IMG/VR virus record: IMGVR_UViG_3300027708_000026
Location: 64,001 to 128,000 of that record
Origin: a virus
DNA: 64,000 bases
Strand: one strand, 5' to 3'
Made by a program: the position numbers and the translations under genes. A model generated the notes under the pieces. It ran no database searches and was not told where the DNA came from. It saw only the letters and a list, made by a program, of their open reading frames with translations. Positions within the stretch are counted from its first letter, which is position 1. Each line of letters starts with the position of its first letter. Shown here piece by piece: positions 40,996-50,975 of this stretch.

Positions 40996-41481
40996 ATGAC
41001 CAAACGACTTAATGAAATTTTTGACTTGCCTGAGGACAAAGACCCTCTAGTAATACCCAAGGTTGAGGAAACAGCCGCAACTCCTATAATCGATCTACAG
41101 GATCAGCTGGAAGAATTTGATAAAATTGCAGCAGCATTGCCTAGAGTAAAAGGACTAGGTGATATGAGTGATATGGAGCTCGACGGACTTGCCAGCAAGG
41201 CCGAACAGGCCTACGATGACTTAATGGATCTAGGCATGAATGTAGAACCAAAATACGGCGCTAGGATGTTTGAAATCGCAGCACAGATGATGACTGCTGC
41301 CATCGCTGCCAAGACCAACAAGATCGACAAGAAGTTGAAAATGGTTGATCTACAGCTGAAGAAGCTGGCAATTGAAAAGAAAAACGGTAACCAAGAGAGT
41401 GGAAATACTGTAGAAGGGCAGGGATACATCCTAACAGATCGCAATAGTATCCTAGAAAGATTAAAGAAATTGGATAAATAA
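40996..41481 (+). CDS. Putative terminase small subunit
   Basis: Helical 161-aa protein with a C-terminal ILTDRNSILERL motif, upstream of the large terminase; assignment from pattern and position. Confidence 0.5.
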   Translation: MTKRLNEIFDLPEDKDPLVIPKVEETAATPIIDLQDQLEEFDKIAAALPRVKGLGDMSDMELDGLASKAEQAYDDLMDLGMNVEPKYGARMFEIAAQMMTAAIAAKTNKIDKKLKMVDLQLKKLAIEKKNGNQESGNTVEGQGYILTDRNSILERLKKLDK

Positions 41482-41487
41482 AGTATC

Positions 41488-42051
41488 ATGAAAAATTTTA
41501 AAGAATATCTATCAGAATCTATCGCTGACAAAAAATACAATTTTCGTGTCAAGGTAGCAGGCGATTTCTCTGCCGATCAAGAAACTAAATTACAGACTAT
41601 GCTTGAGAAATTTCAAGTAGATGCTTTTAAAAAGTTAAGCGTGACGCCAGTACAAAAGTTTCCTCTGGACTTTCCACAAATTAGAAACTGCGAAGTTTCT
41701 ATTTTTGAAGTCACAGTAAACTATCCCACTACCCCACAAGAATTGAAAGAGTATTTGGGCTCAGGATTAGCAGTCAATCCATCCATGTTGGCAGTAGTAA
41801 CTCCTGGCATGCCTAGCGAAGAATACCAGCGTGAAGAACCCAAACGCGAAGGCGCACTATTAAATGACAGTGAATACAAAGAGGCACCAAATGCAAATTT
41901 TGATGACTACTACGGTTCAAAATATAATAGTGGGTTTGTCAAAGAACTCAACGATATCTTAAAATTGCAACGCAGAGCACGCGGCGAAATCATACCAGAA
42001 ACTGCTCCTGCTAGTTATATGCAAAGCGCCGAAAACGATACAAGGAAATAA
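41488..42051 (+). CDS. Hypothetical protein, possibly an internal head protein
   Basis: N-terminus MKNFKEYLSES resembles T4 capsid-targeting sequences. Confidence 0.5.
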   Translation: MKNFKEYLSESIADKKYNFRVKVAGDFSADQETKLQTMLEKFQVDAFKKLSVTPVQKFPLDFPQIRNCEVSIFEVTVNYPTTPQELKEYLGSGLAVNPSMLAVVTPGMPSEEYQREEPKREGALLNDSEYKEAPNANFDDYYGSKYNSGFVKELNDILKLQRRARGEIIPETAPASYMQSAENDTRK

Positions 42052-42055
42052 AATT

Positions 42056-42846
42056 ATGCAAATGATCGACGTAATGAAGCGTTTGGCTGAACTTGATTCA
42101 ACAAACCCCAATGTTATTAAAGAAAGCGCCGGTATAAAAGAATGCGGACCAATGGGCATGATGGGCAGCATGGGTGGAATGGAAAAGCCAAGCACACCTG
42201 CTAGCATGAACATTACAGCAGGCAGCGGCGATGAACTGGCAAACATGCTAGCCACCATTATGCAATTGGCAGGTGTTAAACAAGATGCACCGGGCGAAAT
42301 GGGCGATGCACCTGGCATTGAAATCATGACTGCTGAGCCAGAAGTTAAAGTTGAGCCAATGAGCGGCGGCGATACAATGCGTTCCATGATCGACAAGCTA
42401 AATCCAATGGATGACGAGGGCGGCGATGATGTAAGCAAAGCACACGGCGACTTTGATAATGACGGCGATCACGACATGGATGATCATGATAAAGAAAAAG
42501 ACGAAGAGGAGACTGACGAAAGTTACGATAATTCTCCAAATCCAGAAACTGAAAACTACGGTGCATTCCAAGCTCATGGAGACATGGATAAGAATCCAGC
42601 AGGTGGCGGCAATGTTCCAAAAGATCACGATGCCCGTCCACGTGTACGCACACAGCCAGTTGCTACATACGAATCTTTAATGTCAGAATACGAAAAATTC
42701 GTTAGCGAAGGCGAGGGCAAGACAATGAGCCGTGCAGCTAAGGTTATGAAAAGTATGGCAAGAAAGGTATGATGGCTTTGGCCAAGGCCGGACGTGACGG
42801 GGAAGATCTTGAGCCAATTCAAGATAAATTCAACAAGTACAAATAA
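42056..42846 (+). CDS. Acidic head-associated protein with an apparent frameshift near 42742
   Basis: Frame 0 stops at 42772. The -1 frame is open 42742-42846 (GYEKYGKKGMMALAKAGRDGEDLEPIQDKFNKYK*) and ends just before a terminator. Confidence 0.55.
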
Positions 42847-42864
42847 TTTACGATCTATTTGTCC

Positions 42865-42891
42865 AATAGCCTCTTCGGAGGCTATTTTTTT
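42865..42891 (+). terminator. Rho-independent terminator
   Basis: AATAGCCTC-TTCG-GAGGCTATT followed by a T run. Confidence 0.92.
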
Positions 42892-42905
42892 CAGTAAATA
42901 AAGAT

Positions 42906-44498
42906 ATGGCAAACAAAAATCTCGACGGCGTTCTAATTAAGAAAGCCAACACGACTCAGAAGTGGACTGAAAAAGACATTGAGGATCTATTGAAATGTCA
43001 AGATCCTGTTACAGGTCCTGAATATTTTTTAAAGAATTTTTTCTTTATACAGCATGCCACACTAGGTAGAATCAAATACGACGCATACGGATATCAAGAA
43101 GAACTGCTACACAGCTATCACACCAACAGATATAGCGTTAACATGTTAGGCAGGCAGATGGGTAAGACTACTACTGCTGTGGGATACTTGTTATGGTATG
43201 CGATGTTTATGCCCGACAGCACAATACTTATTTGTGCCCACAAATACACTGGCGCACAGGAAATCATGCAGCGTCTAAGGTATGCGTATGAGACTTGCCC
43301 AGACTGGATACGGGCAGGTGTTATTAACTACAACAAGCAAAGTATCGAATTTGAGAATGGGTCACGTATTGTAGCGCAGACAACTACTGAAACAACAGGT
43401 CGTGGTATGTCTGTATCATTACTATACTGTGACGAGTTTGCCTATGTTGAACCTAATATTGCTGTAGAGTTTTGGACATCTATCGCTCCTACACTGGCAA
43501 CTGGTGGTAAGGCCATTATTACCAGTACACCAAACAGTGACGAAGATCAGTTTGCACAAATTTGGAATGAAGCCAATAAGCGTATTGACGAGTATGGTAA
43601 TACCACCAAGTTAGGCAAAAACGGGTATTATCCCTATATGGCCATATGGAATCAACATCCGGATCGTGATGAAAAATGGGCTAGCGAAATGCGCAGTCAA
43701 TTGGGGGAAGATCGATTTGATCGTGAGCACGAATGCAAGTTCTTAATCTTTGATGAAACACTTATCAGCTCATCTTGTCTAATTGCCTTAGAGGGTCAAG
43801 AGCCCACTATGAAAATGGGCCAAGCACGTTGGTATAAAAAGATCAATCCCTCAAGCACCTACATCGTCAGCTTAGATCCCAGCTTGGGAACTGGCGGAGA
43901 TAACGCTGCTATCGAAGTGATAGAAGTGCCTAGCATGGATCAAGTAGCAGAGTGGCATCATAACCAAACGCCAGTGCAGTCACAGGTTAGAATATTAAGA
44001 GATATAGTGAATCACATTGAGGGGAAATGTCAAGCAGCGGGTGTAACATCTAGCATTTACTACAGTGTGGAAAATAATACCCTGGGAGAAAGCGCATTGA
44101 TTGCTATCGAAGCATTGGGCGAAGAATCATTTGCTGGCTTGTTTTTAAGCGAGCCAGTGAAGCGTGGTCATGTTAGAAGATTCCGTAAAGGATTTAATAC
44201 TACTCATAATAGTAAAATCTCAGCCTGCGCAAAATTAAAGCAGATGATCGAAACTAAAAAACTCAAAATACGTAGTAAATCCTTCATCAGCGAGTTAAAA
44301 ACCTACGTAGGCGAGGGTGTTACATTCAAAGCCAAAGCCGGACATACAGATGATCTAGTGGCATCTATGCTGCTGGCCGTGAGAATGATCATGACTTTGC
44401 AGGAATGGGATCCAACAGTTTACGATAAAATGCGGGATCAAGATGGATTAGAAGCGCACGATTTGCCCATGCCCATATATATCAGCACGCCGTTCTAA
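42906..44498 (+). CDS. gp17: Terminase large subunit
   Basis: Walker A GRQMGKT, Walker B LLYCDEFA, ITSTPN, nuclease LDPSLGTGGD and HTDDLV motifs. Confidence 0.97.
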   Translation: MANKNLDGVLIKKANTTQKWTEKDIEDLLKCQDPVTGPEYFLKNFFFIQHATLGRIKYDAYGYQEELLHSYHTNRYSVNMLGRQMGKTTTAVGYLLWYAMFMPDSTILICAHKYTGAQEIMQRLRYAYETCPDWIRAGVINYNKQSIEFENGSRIVAQTTTETTGRGMSVSLLYCDEFAYVEPNIAVEFWTSIAPTLATGGKAIITSTPNSDEDQFAQIWNEANKRIDEYGNTTKLGKNGYYPYMAIWNQHPDRDEKWASEMRSQLGEDRFDREHECKFLIFDETLISSSCLIALEGQEPTMKMGQARWYKKINPSSTYIVSLDPSLGTGGDNAAIEVIEVPSMDQVAEWHHNQTPVQSQVRILRDIVNHIEGKCQAAGVTSSIYYSVENNTLGESALIAIEALGEESFAGLFLSEPVKRGHVRRFRKGFNTTHNSKISACAKLKQMIETKKLKIRSKSFISELKTYVGEGVTFKAKAGHTDDLVASMLLAVRMIMTLQEWDPTVYDKMRDQDGLEAHDLPMPIYISTPF

Positions 44499-44522
44499 TG
44501 ACTCAAATTAACTAAATACAGT

Positions 44523-46874
44523 ATGGACGCTATTAAAATTATCTCCCAGGATCTTTTTGACAAGATCAGAAGCCGCTTCTCAAACCTAGAAATGGGCGAT
44601 GATGCAGGTGGTGTTACAATTGACCCCTCGAGTGCTTACTACTTTGATTTCGATTTTGTTGTAGAAGGCACAAATTTAGGACGAGTCAGCATCAGCTTAG
44701 GTGATCTAGGCAGCTTGAAAGTATATTACAGCCAAGGTATCACTGAAAATCAAGATGATCCTGTTAAGAAATATTGGTACAGTTTCTTGCGTGAAATGAG
44801 ATTTTTCGCCATGCGCAGAAAACTTAGATTTGATACAAGAGACATAACTAAAACGAATCTCGATAAAAACGATTTTCAACATTTGGCCGCTACACAAGGC
44901 CCTAAGGAAGAACCAGAAATGACCACTATGAACGAATCCCGTTGGAGCGAAAAAAGCTCACGTAAAACTAGCCGTGCTGTTCAAGGCAAGACTGAAGTTA
45001 TTGTGCGCCACGCAAATCCAGTAGACGAAACATACGCAGGCGCCCGTAGTCAGCGTAAAAATATCAAAGCAATTTTTATTCAAAATTGTGATGGCGAAAG
45101 ATTCAAATATCCATTTATTCATCCGGCAGGTGCGTTTGCCATGGCACAACATGTGGACCACGGCGGTACTCCTCATGATCCAGCAGGCAAGGCCATCATC
45201 GACATGAGCGAACAAATTGCCAAGTTAGGTGAATTTCATCGTAAAGTAAACTCAGCAACCCTACATCCTGATGCAACTGGCATCACTGAGCGTGCAATGG
45301 CACACCTGTCAGAATTAAAGAACCGTGTGGGCATGTTGAGCAAGCGTCATCACTATCAACAATGGATGTCGGAATTCCAAGAGCCGCAAGATGCAGCAGT
45401 GACTGAATTGGATGCCGTCACCATGGAAGATTACAAGAGCAAATTTACACAAACTAGTTTCCAAGAAGAACTATCGGGTTACTTCCCATTACTGCACAGA
45501 ATTATGGGTGAGGCTAATACCGTTGACCTCGAAGAATTTGTCAAAGAATCTAACGAAGACACGAATAGATTAGGAATTGGCCAACAAATGGCGCGTGATG
45601 GAATAAAATACAGTCCAGACAAAGAAAACGAACTTATTGATTTAATGGTTCAATACATGAAGAAAAATGGAATGAGTTCAAAAGAGATTCGATATCGTTT
45701 AAATTACGATGAGGATTACATTCCTGATCAACTCAGCGACTTGCCAAAAGAAGGTAGTAGTGAAGAACCACCGTTTGAACCAGACACAACATCCAACTTC
45801 AACAAACCAAACAATCCAAATCGTACAGGCATGGATTCTGCTCGAGCATTGGCACAGCGCGGAATGTCTCCAGCAGAAAGCATTAATGCTTTTGAAGAAT
45901 GGGCAACCGCCACAGAGAGTGGTGAGATCACCGATGACCAAATAGGACAATTGGCTGACGCAGTTGCCAAATTACCCACGGGAGATGATGGTAAGCCAGA
46001 ATTGAAGTTGGGTCAGGATGGCAGCGAAGCTATCATGTTCTTTAGTGACTATGGCTTAGACAACATGGATCTTCAGACTAAATTAAAAGATGCTGCCAGT
46101 GGCGATGAGAATGCAGACCCATTCCAAGTGTTGAAATCTTGGGCTGAGGATGATCATAACTATCCGGGACTAATGCAACGCATGGGAATGACTGACACCG
46201 AACAGCCGCCCGGTCAAGAACCAGCAGCAGAGCCTGCACCAGAGCCTGAAGCAGATCCAGCAGCAGCTCCTCCTGAGCAAGGTGAAGAAGATTCGGGAGA
46301 AGAGCCGGAGCAACCACAGGGCACTATGTTTGAAGAAATTGCCAAACTAGTCAGTGGACGCTTTAATAGAGACAACATGCAAGTTGGTGCATTCAACGGC
46401 AAGGAAAATATTGCTTTAGAAGTTAAGAAAGAAATTTCCGAAAAGTTTGGCGAGCAAGCTGGCGAAATGTCTGAACAACTGGCATTGCAGTTTATGGAAA
46501 AATTAAGTAAAGAACGAGACCACGGACCAGTGGGTGACGATGGATTGGCGCGTATTAGAGAAATCATGCGTCACATGGGCGCTAAGGTAGAAGCCATCGG
46601 TGATGTGACCACTAACGGTCATGCTCCTGGTAACAATATTATGACATCAGCAGAGGAAGGTATCCTAAGCAAAGCTAGAGAGATTGGTAAAAAAGTGCTA
46701 GATCGAGTTGCACCCGGCGATGATGAATTACTACGCCAATTGCAAAAAAGTGCAGGCGTTCCATCACATGCTCAACACGGCAAGCCGCCGATGGCTAGTC
46801 CAAATCGTAGACAGCAACAACAAGAAAGCGCCGAATTTGCAGATATTTTGAAGCTGTCCGGATTGGCAAAATAA
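44523..46874 (+). CDS. Large acidic hypothetical protein, probably head/prohead-associated
   Basis: 783 aa with a GERFKYPF..AMAQHV N-terminal domain, a Pro/Glu-rich low-complexity region and C-terminal EFADILKLSGL; TAAATA 4 nt before the ATG. Confidence 0.55.
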   Translation: MDAIKIISQDLFDKIRSRFSNLEMGDDAGGVTIDPSSAYYFDFDFVVEGTNLGRVSISLGDLGSLKVYYSQGITENQDDPVKKYWYSFLREMRFFAMRRKLRFDTRDITKTNLDKNDFQHLAATQGPKEEPEMTTMNESRWSEKSSRKTSRAVQGKTEVIVRHANPVDETYAGARSQRKNIKAIFIQNCDGERFKYPFIHPAGAFAMAQHVDHGGTPHDPAGKAIIDMSEQIAKLGEFHRKVNSATLHPDATGITERAMAHLSELKNRVGMLSKRHHYQQWMSEFQEPQDAAVTELDAVTMEDYKSKFTQTSFQEELSGYFPLLHRIMGEANTVDLEEFVKESNEDTNRLGIGQQMARDGIKYSPDKENELIDLMVQYMKKNGMSSKEIRYRLNYDEDYIPDQLSDLPKEGSSEEPPFEPDTTSNFNKPNNPNRTGMDSARALAQRGMSPAESINAFEEWATATESGEITDDQIGQLADAVAKLPTGDDGKPELKLGQDGSEAIMFFSDYGLDNMDLQTKLKDAASGDENADPFQVLKSWAEDDHNYPGLMQRMGMTDTEQPPGQEPAAEPAPEPEADPAAAPPEQGEEDSGEEPEQPQGTMFEEIAKLVSGRFNRDNMQVGAFNGKENIALEVKKEISEKFGEQAGEMSEQLALQFMEKLSKERDHGPVGDDGLARIREIMRHMGAKVEAIGDVTTNGHAPGNNIMTSAEEGILSKAREIGKKVLDRVAPGDDELLRQLQKSAGVPSHAQHGKPPMASPNRRQQQQESAEFADILKLSGLAK

Positions 46875-46898
46875 CCCAAATTATTGCACCTTTTTAGG

Positions 46899-46927
46899 TT
46901 GCAGGTATAAATAGATGTGTGTATACT
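46899..46927 (+). promoter_or_regulatory. Nested sigma70 and T4-late promoters for gp32
   Basis: TTGCAG-17 bp-TATACT, with a perfect TATAAATA (46906-46913) inside the spacer. Confidence 0.65.
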
Positions 46928-47009
46928 TAATGGTATGCACACATTTTTCTTTTTAGTCAGTTGGCTAGAAAGAAGAGGCATAATATAACATTTATTAAGG
47001 AAAAACATT

Positions 47010-48005
47010 ATGGCAACTTTAGCAGAAATTCGCGCGAAGCTACAAGCTTCTTCACAACAAAATACTGGCACAGGCGGTGGAGACAATGGCATATTTGCCC
47101 ATTGGAACATTGCAGAGGGACAAACAGCAACAGTTCGTTTCCTTCCAGACGCAGATACTAACAATACTTTTTTCTGGATTGAACGTGCAATGATCAAATT
47201 GCCCTTCGCCGGAGTCAAAGGTGACACCAACAGCAAACCCGTTACTGTGCAGGTTCCTTGTATGGAAATGTGGGGAGAGCAATGCCCAGTATTGACAGAA
47301 GTCCGTCCGTGGTTCAAAGACAAATCTTTGGAAGATATGGGTCGCAAGTACTGGAAAAAGAAAAGTTACTTGTTCCAAGGACTTGTAATCAATTCACAAA
47401 TGCAGGAAGACAAAGTTCCTGAAAATCCAATCCGTCGCTTTATCATGAGCAGCCAAATTTTTAACATTGTTAAGAATGCACTGATGGATAATGAGATTGA
47501 AGAAATGCCCACTGACTTTGTTCGTGGCTTGGATTTCAAGATCGCAAAAACATCTAAGGGTGGTTATGCTGACTATACAACATCCAGCTGGTCACGTCGT
47601 GAACGTGCATTGACTACTGACGAATTGGCAGCAGTCAAGCAGTATGGTTTGTTTGATTTGAAATCGTTCCTTCCTAAGAAGCCTAACGATGCAGAATTAA
47701 ACTGCATTAAAGAAATGTTCACAGCATCAGTGGATGGTGAAGCATTTGATATGGATCGTTGGGGACAATACTACAAACCCGATGGTATGAAAGGTAACTT
47801 CCAAGCACGTAACGAAGCGGCAGCGCCAGCAGCTCGTCCTGCTCCAGTAGCAGCACCAATTGAGGATGACGATATCCCTTTTGAACCTGCGGCAGCAACA
47901 CCCGCTAAAGTGGTTGCATCAGAAGCAGCCAAACCAGCAGGCGAAGCAGGTTCACGTGCAGCAGACATTATTGCAATGATTCGCAATCGTCAGCAAGCTC
48001 AATAA
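47010..48005 (+). CDS. gp32: Single-stranded DNA-binding protein (T4 gp32-like)
   Basis: VRFLPD, C...CPV, GLDFKIAKTSKGGYADYTTSSW motifs and an acidic DDDIPF tail. Confidence 0.9.
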   Translation: MATLAEIRAKLQASSQQNTGTGGGDNGIFAHWNIAEGQTATVRFLPDADTNNTFFWIERAMIKLPFAGVKGDTNSKPVTVQVPCMEMWGEQCPVLTEVRPWFKDKSLEDMGRKYWKKKSYLFQGLVINSQMQEDKVPENPIRRFIMSSQIFNIVKNALMDNEIEEMPTDFVRGLDFKIAKTSKGGYADYTTSSWSRRERALTTDELAAVKQYGLFDLKSFLPKKPNDAELNCIKEMFTASVDGEAFDMDRWGQYYKPDGMKGNFQARNEAAAPAARPAPVAAPIEDDDIPFEPAAATPAKVVASEAAKPAGEAGSRAADIIAMIRNRQQAQ

Positions 48006-48019
48006 TTAGGAGATAGACA

Positions 48020-49075
48020 ATGGGAAAGGCTTTTGATATAAGCAAGTTCCGGAAGTCTATCACTAAGTCTATTGATGGACTTGGTATTGGATTTAACGAT
48101 CCAACTGATTGGATTTCTACCGGAAACTATGCATTAAACTATCTCATCTCGGGGGACTTCTTTAGGGGAGTTCCTTTAGGTAAGGTTACGGTGTTCGCTG
48201 GCGAAAGTGGTGCTGGAAAGAGTTATATCTGTTCTGGAAACATTATTCGACATGCCCAAGAAGCGGGTATATTTGTTATCTTAGTTGATAGCGAAAATGC
48301 GCTAGACGAAAAATGGTTGATTGATTTAGGTGTTGATACTAATGAAGATAAACTGCTAAAACTTAACATGGCCATGATCGATGATGTAGCAAAAACTATA
48401 TCTGAATTCATGAAAGAATACAAATTGATGCCAGAAGAATCTCGTCCAAAGATTCTTTTTGTCATTGATAGTTTGGGTATGTTGTTGACTCCTACTGATG
48501 TGAATCAGTTCGAAGCAGGCGAGATGAAGGGTGATATGGGCCGCAAGCCCAAGGCACTGACAAGTCTCGTTCGTAACTGCGTGAACATGTTTGGCTCCTG
48601 GAATGTTGGTTTAGTTTGTACTAATCACACATACGCAAGTCAGGACATGTTTGATCCAGATGACAAAATCTCAGGTGGACAAGGTTTTATCTATGCTAGC
48701 TCTATTGTAGTTGCTATGCGTAAATTGAAATTGAAGACCGACGAAGATGGTAACAAAACTACCACCATAAATGGTATTCGTTCAGCCTGTAAGATTATGA
48801 AAACACGCTATGCTAAACCTTTTGAATCAGTACAAGTTGAGATTCCATATTCGACGGGTATGAGCCCATTTAGTGGTTTAGTTGATTTGTTTGAAGCCAA
48901 AGGCAAGTTGAAGAAAGAAGGCAACAGTCTTGTTTACACAACTAAGGATGGCGAAATCATCAAGCAATTCCGCAAAGCGTGGAACAGTAATGACAAAGAT
49001 GGACTAACTACAATTATGGCTGAGTGGGAAGAAACAGCAACACCAATAACTATAGAAGAAACAGAGGAAGCATAA
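48020..49075 (+). CDS. uvsX: RecA/UvsX recombinase
   Basis: ISTGNYALN, GESGAGKS, DSENA, IDSLG, NHTY and SGGQG motifs. Confidence 0.95.
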   Translation: MGKAFDISKFRKSITKSIDGLGIGFNDPTDWISTGNYALNYLISGDFFRGVPLGKVTVFAGESGAGKSYICSGNIIRHAQEAGIFVILVDSENALDEKWLIDLGVDTNEDKLLKLNMAMIDDVAKTISEFMKEYKLMPEESRPKILFVIDSLGMLLTPTDVNQFEAGEMKGDMGRKPKALTSLVRNCVNMFGSWNVGLVCTNHTYASQDMFDPDDKISGGQGFIYASSIVVAMRKLKLKTDEDGNKTTTINGIRSACKIMKTRYAKPFESVQVEIPYSTGMSPFSGLVDLFEAKGKLKKEGNSLVYTTKDGEIIKQFRKAWNSNDKDGLTTIMAEWEETATPITIEETEEA

Positions 49076-49317
49076 TGGAAGAAGATCTAATCATTGAAAT
49101 CTGGGATGTGTTCAAAGAATATATCTCTGATAAAAATAAGGACACCGCTGCAAATCATTTTGTAGATTTCTTATTAGGTAAGGATGTTGAAACTGATGTA
49201 CTGAAATCATTAGTGGGTTATGATTCATCCTTAGATGAAGCAATCGCATTGGTCATCGATGAGGGTGAAATCGATGATTACGAAGACGACGACGGTTACT
49301 ACGAAGAAGAGGACTAA
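49075..49317 (+). CDS. Small acidic hypothetical protein
   Basis: ATG 49075 overlaps the uvsX stop (TAATG); very acidic C-terminus. Confidence 0.65.
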   Translation: MEEDLIIEIWDVFKEYISDKNKDTAANHFVDFLLGKDVETDVLKSLVGYDSSLDEAIALVIDEGEIDDYEDDDGYYEEED

Positions 49318-49319
49318 CA

Positions 49320-49775
49320 ATGTCCTGGTATGCTAAAGTCAGCAAGGACATAGCACACCTTCCAGATTGTCTAGATCATTACTATAATGAAATAGAACTT
49401 GCGCGGCGAGAAGTTAAAATCCACGGCAGTGTGGAAAAAGCTTCTGCCGCCTTGCCTGGAATCGTTGAACAGAGATTTAATCAGCTTCAAGAAATTGAAG
49501 CTGTATTAGAATATCTTAACATCGAACTACGTCGAATCAAATCCAAAACTTTTAGAAAATATCTAGAAAACTATCAACGTGCGCTGAGTAGTAGAGACTG
49601 CGAAAAGTTTGCCGAAGGCGAGCCTGATGTTGTAGATATGGAAAAAGTTATCAACGAGTTTGCCATGTTGAGGAATCAATGGCTGGGCATCATCAAAGGC
49701 TTAGACATCAAACAATGGCAATTGAGCAATATTATCAAATTAAGGGCTGCGGGTCTTGAAGATATCTCATTATGA
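49320..49775 (+). CDS. uvsY: Recombination mediator (UvsY-like)
   Basis: Helical protein with IIKGLDIKQWQLSNIIKLRAAG, located between uvsX and uvsW. Confidence 0.75.
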   Translation: MSWYAKVSKDIAHLPDCLDHYYNEIELARREVKIHGSVEKASAALPGIVEQRFNQLQEIEAVLEYLNIELRRIKSKTFRKYLENYQRALSSRDCEKFAEGEPDVVDMEKVINEFAMLRNQWLGIIKGLDIKQWQLSNIIKLRAAGLEDISL

Positions 49776-49784
49776 GTGTATAAT
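49756..49784 (+). promoter_or_regulatory. Sigma70-like promoter
   Basis: TTGAAG-17 bp-TATAAT; ATG 49791 lies 6 nt downstream. Confidence 0.6.
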
Positions 49785-49790
49785 AGTGCT

Positions 49791-50975
49791 ATGTACATTG
49801 AAGACTTAATCATATCTCTAATACACAATCGTGTGCCAGTGAACGCATGGGATAAGGGTGTTGTTGTCAGCTTCTACACACAGATCCACGATCTTACCGG
49901 CTTCACTGAAAAGCAGTCGGCATTGGCTTTGAGAATATGTAAAAGATATGCTTCATCTCTTTCCTTACACGCCAAACAAGATGTTACGCCATTTTTAGAA
50001 AATCCAAAATTTCGTAATACAATTAGGAAATCAGTGAACAGTCGAATTATTAAAATAGTTGATGATGAATACTTACATCGAGTTATCGAAGTTAATTTTC
50101 CCTATGATGAGAAAATGATTGCAGAAATCAGAGAATTCAAAAATCAAAATCATGATAATCTTGTGGTATGGAGCAAGGAAAAGTCTTCATGGTCGTTCTG
50201 TTTGAATGAGCCAAACATTAAATTCTTATCAGATCATTTTAAAAATACTGGTGCTGATATTGATATGGAATTTCAAAATTACTCCGATCAGTTAGAACCA
50301 ATTGTTTCTAATCTTCAAAATCATATTCCCATGTTGACTGCTAGAGATGGGAGATTGGCTATTACTAACGCTCCTAAAACTATGCCAGAAATCAAAACTG
50401 GAAATATATTAGAAGCAGTATTTGCTGCTAGACAGTATGGTATTACCATGTGGGATGAAACGATTGATGATTTTATAAACAGCGATTATGTCGATGAATC
50501 CACTAGGGAATTCTTGAAATCAGATTATCGAGCTACAACTAAGTTATCAGCGGATGGAAATGGCATCTGTTGTTTAGGAAACATGGCGAGATTTTTAGGA
50601 CCAATGTTGTTTATCATTCCGGGCGGAAGCGAATACCGTAAGATACAGCAAATACATACTGTGCTAAGTGATATAGGAATAACCGATAAAAAAATGAGTG
50701 TTTTGTTCAGATTAAGCAGCGAAACCGGCAGAGAATTTAATGATTTTGTTAAAAATCATTCATTAAATAACCCTATTTCTGAAGAGACACAGGTAGTGTT
50801 TGTAAGTGGTAAGTTACCTAAACCATTGATTGAATCTGGAATACGATTCAACAGCGTGGTGAATGTTGGATTTAATAATGCCCATTATACCCTAAGAGAA
50901 TATGCAAAAAATCATCAAAATGTAGTATACTTTGAACTAGAAAAACAAAAGGGATCAGATTTTGGCCACATGTAA
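49791..50975 (+). CDS. Hypothetical protein with a HARP-like motif
   Basis: Start moved to ATG 49791. FPYDEKMIAEIREF...WSKEKSSW resembles HARP domains; overlaps the uvsW start. Confidence 0.5.
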   Translation: MYIEDLIISLIHNRVPVNAWDKGVVVSFYTQIHDLTGFTEKQSALALRICKRYASSLSLHAKQDVTPFLENPKFRNTIRKSVNSRIIKIVDDEYLHRVIEVNFPYDEKMIAEIREFKNQNHDNLVVWSKEKSSWSFCLNEPNIKFLSDHFKNTGADIDMEFQNYSDQLEPIVSNLQNHIPMLTARDGRLAITNAPKTMPEIKTGNILEAVFAARQYGITMWDETIDDFINSDYVDESTREFLKSDYRATTKLSADGNGICCLGNMARFLGPMLFIIPGGSEYRKIQQIHTVLSDIGITDKKMSVLFRLSSETGREFNDFVKNHSLNNPISEETQVVFVSGKLPKPLIESGIRFNSVVNVGFNNAHYTLREYAKNHQNVVYFELEKQKGSDFGHM

